Shown here in pieces: positions 56,601 to 64,000 of a stretch of 64,000 bases of DNA. A program made the translations under genes and the position numbers. The notes under the pieces are model-generated. The model saw only the letters and a list, made by a program, of their open reading frames with translations. It made no database searches and was not told where the DNA came from. The DNA is from Planctomycetota bacterium (GTDB lineage: Bacteria > Planctomycetota > GCA-002687715 > CAIWVZ01): assembly GCA_044222185.1 (NCBI GenBank), contig JBGANV010000007.1, forward strand, positions 224,001 to 288,000. Direction: 5' to 3'. Each line of letters starts with the position of its first letter. Positions within the stretch are counted from its first letter, which is position 1.

Positions 56601-59600
56601 ATCGTGATCTGCGCCGTGCCCGGAGTGGCGAGGCTGGCGGCGGGGACCACCGCCGTGATCGTCGTCGCGTTCACGTAGGTGGTGGCGAGGGCGCCGCCGT
56701 TCCAACGGACGACGGACGTGTTGACGAATCCCGAGCCGGTGACCGTGATCGTGCTCGGTGCGGAGCCGGCGGTGACCGTCGACGGGGAGACGGATGACGC
56801 GGTTGGCATCGGCGCCATCAGGTCGAAGGTCTTCGCACCCGAGGTCCCACCACCGGGCGTCGGAGTGAAGACCGTCACGGATTGGGAACCAGCCAACGTC
56901 AGCGTCGCGGCCGGCACCACGGCCGTGAGGGTGGTCGCGTTGACGAACGTGGTCGACAGCGCGGCGCCGTTCCAACGCACCGAAGAGGTGCCGACGAAGC
57001 CGCTCCCGGTGGCAGTCAACGTGAGCTGCGATGCGCCGCTGTTCGCGCTCGTGGGCGAGATCGTCGCGAGCGTCGGCGCGGATGCGCGCGCCTCGAACGC
57101 AAGCGGCGCCGTGAGTCCGCCGCCCGGTGTCGGGTTGAACACCGTCAACTGGCCGACCGTGGGAAGCGTCAGATTGGCGGCCGGGATCGTGGCCGAGAGC
57201 GCCGTCGGCGTGATGTAGCTCGTCGCGAGATCGACTCCGTTCCATCGAACGACGGACGTGCTGAAGAAACCGCTCCCGCTGACCCACAGGGTGGTCTGGC
57301 CCGATCCGGCGGCGACCCAGGCCGGCGTCGATGCCACGAGCGTCGGCGTCGGATGGTTCACCGTGAAGGCCTGCTGTGCGGACGTGCCGCCACCAGGTGG
57401 CGGATTCACGACCGTCACCTGGGCGATGCCAGGATTCGCCACGAGGACTGCCGGCACGGTCACCGTGAGCGAGCCCACACCGATCGCCGTCGTCACCAAC
57501 ACGTTCCCGTTCCACTTCACCGAAGATGTGGCGTAGAGCCCCGTGCCAGTCACCGTCAGGGTGATCGGTTGCGCGGGCGCCGTCGCCGTCGACGGTGACA
57601 GGCTCGAGATCGTCGGGACGGGGTGATTCACCGTGAATCCCAGGGAGGGCGAGACTCCCGCCGCGGGATCGAACACGGTGACGCTGGCCGGCCCCGGGAC
57701 CGAGAGGTTCACCGCCGGGATCGTGGCCGTCAGTGTGGAGATGCTGACGAAGGTCGTCGTGAGGTTGGCGCCGTTCCAACGGACGATCGATGATGCCGTG
57801 AAGCCGCTGCCGTTGACGGTCAACGACGTGGCGGCCGCGCCGGCCGTAGCCGCCGCGGGCACGAGCGACGTGATGATCGGCGACGCGCTGCTGATCGTGA
57901 ACACCGACGCGAGTGAAGTGCCGCCGCCCGGCGTCGGATTGAACACCGTCACGTTGGCCGTGCCCATCGACGCGAGATTCGTCGCGGGTACGACTGCGGC
58001 CAACTGGGTCGGGCTCATGTACGTCGTCGCGAGGTTGACGCCGTTCCAGCGGACGACTGACGTGGCGAAGAGCCCCGTTCCGACGGCTGTGAGAATCGTG
58101 GCGGGAGAGCCCGCCGCGACGTTCGTCGGGGCGATCGACGCGAGTGTCGGCACTGGGTGGTTGACGCTGAAGCTGGCGCCAGGAGATGTCCCGCCGCCGG
58201 GAGCGGGGTTGAACACCGTCAGAGTGACCGTGCCAGGCGTCGTCAGGTTTTGCGCCGAGACGGTCGCCGTGAGGGACGTCGGGCTGACGTACGTCGTCGG
58301 CAGATCCGCACCGTTCCAGCGCGCGACGGACGCGGCGAAGAACCCCGTTCCGGTGATGGCCAGCGTCAGCGGACCCGTGCCGGCGTTCGCAGCCGCGGGG
58401 GTCAGGACGCCGACGCTCGCGATCGGATGATTGACGGTGAAGGTGAGTGCGCTCGAGATTCCTCCGCCCGGGAGCGGAGTGAACACGGCCACCAACGCGG
58501 GCCCCGGAATCATGAGATTTGCTGCGGGCAGCACGGCCGTCAACGACGTGCTCGTGACGAACGTCGTCGCGAGCGCGCTGCCGTTCCAGCGCACGACGGA
58601 CGTGGGCGCGAATCCCGACCCCGAGATCGTCAGGTTGCCTTGGGGAGCACCTGCCGTCGCCGATGTCGGTGAGATCGACGCCAGCACCGGCAGGCCGGCC
58701 GTGACGTCGAAGGGCGTGTTCGCCGACGTGCCGCCCCCAGGCGTTGGATTGACGACGCTCACCTGGGCCGTGGTCTGCGCGGCCAGCAGGTTGGCGGGGA
58801 CGGAGGCCGTGAGGATGCCGCTCGAGGAATAGGTCGTCGACAAGGCAGCGCCGTTCCAGCGCACCGTCGACGACGCGTTGAGACCGCTCCCAGCGACCGT
58901 GATCGTGACGCCCGCCGTACCGGCGACGGCACTCGGGGGCGCGAGTGAAGCGATGGTTGGCGACGGGTTGTTGACCGTGAACGCGAGGGTGGATGAGGAA
59001 CCTCCGCCGGGGGCCGGAGTGAACAGCCCGACGGACGCGGTCGTTCCCGTGGCGAGCGACGAACTCGGGACGATCGCCGTGAGTGTTCCGCCGGCTGGCT
59101 GTTGGGTCGGGAGATCGACGCCGTTCCAGCGGACGACTGTGCTCGGGTCGACGTTCGCCGCACCGACGGTGAGGGTTTGGTTGGGCGAGCCCGCCAAGGC
59201 GCTCGAGGGTGTGAGGGATTGGATGACGGGGACGGGACGGCCAAGCGTGAACGTCACCGGCGTCGAGGTGCCGCCGCCGGGCGTGGGGTTCGTGACGGTG
59301 ACGTCGTAGTTGCCGGCGATCAGGGCCGCGGACGGAGCAACCGTCGCCGTCAATTGGCTCGTGCTGACGAAAGTCGTCGGCACGTTCGCCCCGCCGAAAC
59401 GCACGACGCTGCTCGTGGTGAACGCACTCCCGTTGACGGTCAACGCGACCGTAGTGCCGGCGAGCGCGGACGTCGGCGTGACGCTCGACGCCGTGGGCAT
59501 GGGGTTGTTCACCGTGAACGTGAGCGATGACGACGTCCCACCGTTCGGGCCGGTCGTCACCACTGACACGGGCACCGTCATGGCGGTCGTCAGGTAAATG

Positions 59601-62413
59601 GATGGGACCGTCGCCGTGAGCGACGTGGGCCCGACGTAGGTCGTGGTGAAGTTCAGCCCGTCCCATTTCACGATGGAGGTCGGCAGGAACGACGACCCCG
59701 TGACGGTGAGCGCGATCGCGGGAGATCCGGCGGTGGCACTCGAAGGCGTAATCGCCGTGAGCGCAGGAGGCACTGCCGTCGCCGTGAACGTCAGCGGGCC
59801 GGTGAGACCGCCGCCTGGTAGCGGGTTGAAGACCGCGACGTCCGAGGTGCCAGCGCTCGCGATGGCGCCCGCTGGCACGGAGGCACTGAGTTGTGACGGG
59901 CTCACGAACGTCGTCGGGATGTCCGTTCCGTTCCACCGAACGACGCTCGTCGGAATGAACCCGGAGCCGTCGACCGTCAGCGTGAACCCGGCCGAAGACG
60001 TGCTCAGCACGCTCGGTGAGATGGCCGCGATGGAGGGGGTCGGATTGGAGAAGGAGTCGATGCGGAAGTTCAGAGTGCCGTCGATTCCGCCGCAGTCATC
60101 GTTGGAGATGACGACGCAATGCGTCCCCGGACTCAGATTGAGCGTCGTCGTTTGTGGGGCAGCGGTGACGGCGCCGCTGTAGACCGCCGTATTCCGGCCG
60201 ATCCACTGACCGGCCGACGCTTGGCCGGCGCCGAACAACGCCCAGTGTCTCGTACCGCTGAATCCCGTGATCGTGAACGAGTAGTTGCCGACGCTGGGGA
60301 TGTGGAATTCGAAGGCTCTGACGACGGTCGGAGGCTGGAACGGCTGAAGCGGCCACTGACCGAGCGTGCAAGTGATGGCTGTGGTGTGCTCCGCCCATCC
60401 GTGGCCCGATGCGATGCCCACTGGAACGGGGATGGGACCGGCGTGCCCGTCAGCGACGACGTACGCCGCGGCGCCAGTCGACTGGCTTTCGGCGGCGCCG
60501 ATTCCGATCTCGGCCTTGCAGATCCCGAAGAAGAAGTCCGGATACGGTCGTATCGCGGCGACGGCATAGTGCCCGGGCGACGGGAGGAAATCGAAAGCCG
60601 TGCAGCCCGTCACCTGAGTTGCCGAGCTCGAGAGCGTCGCCGTGATGACGTCACCGCAGTTGAAGTGCATGCAGAACGGAGCGGATCCCGAGATCGGGCC
60701 GCCGTCGCGGTAGACGACGAGTACGTGGTCGCCTGCGCCGATAGGAATCTGTTGCACCGGGCCGCCGCCCACGCCGTGATACGGCGACGACCCGCGGGTC
60801 CTCCAGCCGGATGATGGCGTCAATCCGAGGAACAGCTCCCAGCCCAGCCCGGGGCCGCCGGTCATGCTGACCGCGTGGGGAGTTGCGGCACCGCTCTGGT
60901 GGAGCCTGTAGATCTGGATGATCGAACCCGACGGGAACGTGTCGGTGATCGTTCCCCAGGACTGGCTTGTGGTCGAAGCCTTCGCTGCTTGTGCCGTGGC
61001 TGTAGCGCTTCCCAGAGTCTGGACGAACGTGCCATCGAAGGCGTCCGACGCACTGGCGAAGGATCGAACGACGAAATCGCAGGCCGAGCCAGGCTGCGTG
61101 GATGTGGGGCCACCCTGATACAGGTTCCAGTCGGCGCCCGACGAGCTGACACCAACGGCGACCGATTTGACCAGGGCGCCGCCCTGGTATCCCGCGGAGC
61201 CATGGAATCCCGTGCACGCCTCGCTGATCGTAGTTTTCGGGGTCTGATTGAAGTCGACAGTCGTCGCGGGCGTGCACGGTGTGATCGTGAGTATGGCCTC
61301 GTTGGAAGGGCCGCCCCCCGCCAGGAACGGGGTCGGGGTCTGCATCGGGCTCGGGATGGGATTCTCGACGACGATCGACGCTCCGCCGGGCGTGCTGATG
61401 AGAGACTGCGGCACGGCGATGTCGATTTGCCCCGGCGCAGCGTGGGTGAACTGAATCGGCGTGCCGTTCCACAGCACGCGGCTTCCCTCGACGCCACTGG
61501 CGTCCTGCCGTCCCCGGTGGAACCGCTGGCCATGGATGCTCAGCGTGAAGGCGGCGGAACCAACGGGGACGGACGGCGTGCTCAAGCTCACGATCTGCGG
61601 GGGCAGAGCCGGTCCGTACATCGCGGCCATGGTCTGCGCGTCGCCGTTGCTCATGTGGGATCCCTGACCCATCGAGTTCTGGTGGGAGAGGGACTTGTCC
61701 GTGATCGTCTTCAGCGGGAACGGGCAGGGCCCCCCCGACGGGCAGATGGAGAACGCGAACTGGTCGTAGTGCATGATCGAGTCGAAGTCGTAGGGAGTGG
61801 GATTGAACGACGAGTCGAGCCTCATGAAGTTCAGCGAGTTCCCGCCGGTCGGGCCCGGGTCGATGTTGTTGAAGTGGATCAGGACCTTCTGATCGCGATC
61901 CGACCGCATGTGCTCGTGGATCATCCCGAGGCAGTGGCCGATCTCGTGGACGAGCGTTGGCCAGTTCCACGAGTTGATGAAGATGTTCTGGATCGGGAGA
62001 GGCGAGACACCGACGAAGGACGCGTACCCGCCCGAATTCGGCGGCGGGTTGATCCAGTTCTCGAATCGGACGTGGTGCGGTTCGATCGTCCACGGGACGA
62101 ACTTGACGTTGGCTACGGCTTCCCATTCGGCCATGGCATCGCGTGCGAGGTCTCGATTCGCCTGGGTTACGTTGGGGTCGAACGCGTAGGGAACGAAGCC
62201 CAGTGGCCAAAGCACGGCCTGCCAGCTGCCATCGCCGTACACGGCGTCGGTCGGCAGAACCATGTCGTCGATGAGGATCATGCCCTCCGGGACCTCCGGT
62301 GACTGCGCGCGCACCGGCAGGGCGACCGCCAGGAGGATGAGCGTGGCTATCAGGGCCCGGTGGAGCGAGATGCGTGAAGCCGAGACAGTGCAGATCGGGC
62401 GGGGTCGTGTCAT
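53660..62413 (-). CDS. Giant secreted astacin-family (M12A) metalloprotease with ~23 IPT/TIG repeats (2917 aa)
   Basis: Signal peptide (PVRA-Q); HEIGHCLGMIHEHMRSDRD zinc motif; SIMHY Met-turn; repeats of P....P....G...LTV.GSGF...SVVRWNG..L.TT.V..T.LTA..PA..NP.PGGG.S. Confidence 0.93.
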   Translation of the reverse strand: MTRPRPICTVSASRISLHRALIATLILLAVALPVRAQSPEVPEGMILIDDMVLPTDAVYGDGSWQAVLWPLGFVPYAFDPNVTQANRDLARDAMAEWEAVANVKFVPWTIEPHHVRFENWINPPPNSGGYASFVGVSPLPIQNIFINSWNWPTLVHEIGHCLGMIHEHMRSDRDQKVLIHFNNIDPGPTGGNSLNFMRLDSSFNPTPYDFDSIMHYDQFAFSICPSGGPCPFPLKTITDKSLSHQNSMGQGSHMSNGDAQTMAAMYGPALPPQIVSLSTPSVPVGSAAFTLSIHGQRFHRGRQDASGVEGSRVLWNGTPIQFTHAAPGQIDIAVPQSLISTPGGASIVVENPIPSPMQTPTPFLAGGGPSNEAILTITPCTPATTVDFNQTPKTTISEACTGFHGSAGYQGGALVKSVAVGVSSSGADWNLYQGGPTSTQPGSACDFVVRSFASASDAFDGTFVQTLGSATATAQAAKASTTSQSWGTITDTFPSGSIIQIYRLHQSGAATPHAVSMTGGPGLGWELFLGLTPSSGWRTRGSSPYHGVGGGPVQQIPIGAGDHVLVVYRDGGPISGSAPFCMHFNCGDVITATLSSSATQVTGCTAFDFLPSPGHYAVAAIRPYPDFFFGICKAEIGIGAAESQSTGAAAYVVADGHAGPIPVPVGIASGHGWAEHTTAITCTLGQWPLQPFQPPTVVRAFEFHIPSVGNYSFTITGFSGTRHWALFGAGQASAGQWIGRNTAVYSGAVTAAPQTTTLNLSPGTHCVVISNDDCGGIDGTLNFRIDSFSNPTPSIAAISPSVLSTSSAGFTLTVDGSGFIPTSVVRWNGTDIPTTFVSPSQLSASVPAGAIASAGTSDVAVFNPLPGGGLTGPLTFTATAVPPALTAITPSSATAGSPAIALTVTGSSFLPTSIVKWDGLNFTTTYVGPTSLTATVPSIYLTTAMTVPVSVVTTGPNGGTSSSLTFTVNNPMPTASSVTPTSALAGTTVALTVNGSAFTTSSVVRFGGANVPTTFVSTSQLTATVAPSAALIAGNYDVTVTNPTPGGGTSTPVTFTLGRPVPVIQSLTPSSALAGSPNQTLTVGAANVDPSTVVRWNGVDLPTQQPAGGTLTAIVPSSSLATGTTASVGLFTPAPGGGSSSTLAFTVNNPSPTIASLAPPSAVAGTAGVTITVAGSGLNASSTVRWNGAALSTTYSSSGILTASVPANLLAAQTTAQVSVVNPTPGGGTSANTPFDVTAGLPVLASISPTSATAGAPQGNLTISGSGFAPTSVVRWNGSALATTFVTSTSLTAVLPAANLMIPGPALVAVFTPLPGGGISSALTFTVNHPIASVGVLTPAAANAGTGPLTLAITGTGFFAASVARWNGADLPTTYVSPTSLTATVSAQNLTTPGTVTLTVFNPAPGGGTSPGASFSVNHPVPTLASIAPTNVAAGSPATILTAVGTGLFATSVVRWNGVNLATTYMSPTQLAAVVPATNLASMGTANVTVFNPTPGGGTSLASVFTISSASPIITSLVPAAATAGAAATSLTVNGSGFTASSIVRWNGANLTTTFVSISTLTATIPAVNLSVPGPASVTVFDPAAGVSPSLGFTVNHPVPTISSLSPSTATAPAQPITLTVTGTGLYATSSVKWNGNVLVTTAIGVGSLTVTVPAVLVANPGIAQVTVVNPPPGGGTSAQQAFTVNHPTPTLVASTPAWVAAGSGQTTLWVSGSGFFSTSVVRWNGVDLATSYITPTALSATIPAANLTLPTVGQLTVFNPTPGGGLTAPLAFEARASAPTLATISPTSANSGASQLTLTATGSGFVGTSSVRWNGAALSTTFVNATTLTAVVPAATLTLAGSQSVTVFTPTPGGGTSGAKTFDLMAPMPTASSVSPSTVTAGSAPSTITVTGSGFVNTSVVRWNGGALATTYVNATTITAVVPAASLATPGTAQITILNPTPGGGTSSAVTLTIAYPVATLSSVAPTTVLAASPATTITLTGGGFFPATVVRWNGTDLATTFVSSTALTATIPAANLVNPGTAALTALNPTPGGGLSAPMSFDVSAPAPTLQTLSPAVRSAGSAAFTLTATGSGFVTTSIVRWNGVAMPTTFVNATTLTASIAAANTTTPGAVAVSIFNPTPGGGTSTPSTFTVSYPLPVPTSLSPASVLAGAPQTTLTVSGLGGFYPASVVRWNGVDLATTYVSATSLTAVLPAALLATPGSAIITVFNPAPGGGTNQGTFGVAVLYPAPTLASVSPSSVVAGAGQSIITATGTGFFDTSVVRWQGAAVPTTFVNATTLTATIPAASLTPQGSRLVSVFNPAPGGGQTAFVPVTVAAPAPTVASVNPALVVRYSSAWSLTVGGTGFLPNSTVLWNNSTSLPTTYVDGATLVATLDESVINAAAASSTVRVTTPGPGGGTSATLAVAVEFPTPVIESLTPDSAVVGSAAPTVMVAGTGLSPNASVRFDGVTVPSTFGANGVLTFVPPASALAGVGIHQVTVFNPSPGGGLSAPVTFTSANPSPVLTAITPGSAPVGSAATALGVSGAGFVPGSLVQWNGVALPTIYVSASALTATIPASHFVSSGPALVTIHTPAPGGGDSNTAGFVVTPSGPVVTALVPPSVVAGLSGFALSVLGSAFTAVSIVQWDGTPLPTTFVAGSPGTPASLTTTIAANLVDAPGTHVVTVFDSQGSQTSPPITFAVVRARIVAVTPTSIPIQTPASPAIALTIDAAGSSFSATSFVVADGTPLSTTFVDPSRLTCTLGPGVPATLRPGGIALSVQNGAATPLAVSSAWALTVGTATANRGTIRLTPLVPAPGETFGIALENCIDGLFSLYADAGNYPPLAPFPDATTNMVLSVGPLVGTGAPFIPLVEGFGFFGPPSGATLTNGGEFILPPIFTRPNPPIGLDVTLQGVFLDPTSPLGVRLTWARFPLSL
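54070..60050 (-). repeat. Intragenic array of ~22 tandem IPT/TIG-coding repeats (~260 bp each)
   Basis: Counted by eye from recurring WNG / NPTPGGG motifs. Repeats are diverged at the DNA level; boundaries are approximate. Confidence 0.85.
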
Positions 62414-62666
62414 GGATGGGTCTCCGGCAAACGCGCGTGGTCGCCACAGGGTAGTGCGACGCTGGGAGCCGGATCGGCTCGAATTTCCTGGGATTGGCTC
62501 TCGACTGGCTGGCGCTCTGCGACGAGCCGGTCCTCAGCCGTTCCTTCAGCCCCCATCGCGGGCGGGCGCCGTCCGGCATCCGCGAGCGGTCGGCCGCGCG
62601 TGGCGCGGGGGTTCGTCACGACCTTCTGGTTCCAATTCCGGCCGCGCCGCCTATAGTCGCGGCGGA

Positions 62667-64000
62667 ATGGGAGACACCGGATCGGAGCCTGCGACCCCTA
62701 CGGATCGCGATCCAAAGACCCGACCGACCGACGGAGCTGCCGGCTCGGCCTTCGCTGGGGGTGCCGGCCGGACGGGGCGCGACCTCTTCTCGGACGAGCC
62801 GGCGGTCGGCGATCTCTTCGCCGAGCGGTATGAGCTTCGCGATGAGTTGGGGCGCGGTGGTCAGGGCGCGGTCTTCTCGGCGTGGGACGTCCGGCTCAAG
62901 CGGGCCGTTGCGGTCAAGATCCTCCGCGATGGCGCGGGCGCGAGTGGTGCGGCGCTGGGGCGGTTCCGCCGCGAGGCCGAGATTGCCATGCGCCTCGACC
63001 ACCCTGGCATATGCCCCGTGTTCGACGTGGGGCGCCACGAAGGCTCCGCGTTCATCGTCATGCGACTCGTCGACGGCCAGACCTTGGCCGATCGCATCCT
63101 GGCACTGAGGCCCGAGTCCAGCGCTTCGCGGAACCCGACGGCCGCTTCGGCGAAACCCATCGCGGTCGACGAGGCCGATTCCGAGCCCCCGTCCGAAGCG
63201 CCGAAGGTCGACCGCGCGACGGTGATCGACTTCATCCGCATCATCGAGAGCGTGGCGCGCACGTTGCACGTGGCGCACGAGGCCGGGATCGTTCACCGCG
63301 ACATCAAGCCGGGGAACATCATGATCCCGAAGGATGGCGAGCCGGTGATCCTCGACTTCGGGCTTGCGCGCGATCAGACGGAGACCGGTGCGGCGTTGAC
63401 GCTTTCCGGTGACATCCTCGGCACGCCGGCCTATATGTCGCCGGAGCAGCTTCTCGATCCCAGCGCCAAGCTCGATCGGCGCACGGACGTCTACTCGCTC
63501 GGAGTGACGCTCTTCGAGTGCATCACGCTTCGCAAACCGTTCCGCGCGCCGACGCGCGATGGTCTCTATCGCGAGATCCTCGAGGAGCCGCCGCCCAACA
63601 TCCGGCGGTTGAACCCCCAGACCCCGCGCGACCTGAAGACCGTGCTCGAAGTTGCGCTCGAGAAGAACCGCAACGCCCGCTACCAGACGGCCCTCGATTT
63701 CGCCGCGGATCTGCGCCGCGTCTGCGAGAACGAACCCATTCACGCCCGCCCCATCGGCACGACGCGCCTCCTGCGCCGCTGGGCCCGCCGCCATCCCCGC
63801 ATCGCGACGGGCACGATCGTGCTGTTCGTGTCGATGGCGGTGGCGTTGGTGGTCGCATTCCAATTGCTCAGCGCAACGGAGGCGGAGAGGTCGGACAAGG
63901 CACGAGTCGTGGTCGAGCTGACGCAGCTGGCAGATGTGAAGCGGATCCGGGATCTTCGAGCTGAGGCGACGAGGCTCTGGCCTCCGTATCCGCAACACGT
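62667..64000 (+). CDS. Hanks-type Ser/Thr protein kinase with a TM segment (3' end lies outside the window; absent from the ORF track)
   Basis: Manual translation from ATG 62667 gives YELRDELGRGGQGAVF, VAVKIL, RFRREAE, HRDIKPGN, LDFGLA, GTPAYMSPEQ, DVYSLG and a hydrophobic helix near 63810-63870. Confidence 0.93.
   Translation, partial: MGDTGSEPATPTDRDPKTRPTDGAAGSAFAGGAGRTGRDLFSDEPAVGDLFAERYELRDELGRGGQGAVFSAWDVRLKRAVAVKILRDGAGASGAALGRFRREAEIAMRLDHPGICPVFDVGRHEGSAFIVMRLVDGQTLADRILALRPESSASRNPTAASAKPIAVDEADSEPPSEAPKVDRATVIDFIRIIESVARTLHVAHEAGIVHRDIKPGNIMIPKDGEPVILDFGLARDQTETGAALTLSGDILGTPAYMSPEQLLDPSAKLDRRTDVYSLGVTLFECITLRKPFRAPTRDGLYREILEEPPPNIRRLNPQTPRDLKTVLEVALEKNRNARYQTALDFAADLRRVCENEPIHARPIGTTRLLRRWARRHPRIATGTIVLFVSMAVALVVAFQLLSATEAERSDKARVVVELTQLADVKRIRDLRAEATRLWPPYPQH

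Noticed and set aside
62616-63998. 460-aa minus-strand ORF
   Set aside because: Antisense shadow of the Ser/Thr kinase, which has all catalytic motifs on the plus strand.

Overview
A high-GC (roughly 70% by eye) bacterial chromosomal segment, most likely from a Planctomycetota lineage. That assignment is inferred from the Hanks-type kinase, sulfatase-like membrane protein, lamin-tail and Ig-rich secreted proteins, and CarboxypepD-like repeat protein. About 35 real CDSs are supported; most other listed ORFs are GC-driven shadow frames. Housekeeping genes include a UvrD/Rep helicase (truncated at the left edge), a ThiF/MoeB enzyme, queD, mutS and lptF/lptG. Accessory content: (1) an SPFH + ribbon-helix-helix operon with an 11-bp-periodic operator; (2) a REC-PAS-kinase lacking its phospho-accepting His; (3) an AAA/DUF4143-type ATPase-nuclease whose promoter lies inside a tandem palindromic operator; (4) a glycosidase/FGGY kinase/metal-ligand-less M24 operon; (5) two paralogous Ig + glycine-rich lipoproteins, each with a sigma54-type promoter and a shared, highly conserved 62-bp 3' element, followed by a decayed third copy that ends in a 17-bp tandem repeat; (6) a GT2/GT-C/YdjC deacetylase/methyltransferase cluster beside lptFG; (7) a 2917-aa astacin protease with about 23 IPT/TIG repeats and a C-terminal domain that may be a sorting module shared with the lamin-tail protein. 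No rRNA, tRNA, CRISPR array or transposase was recognised. All calls come from reading motifs by eye; no database searches were run.
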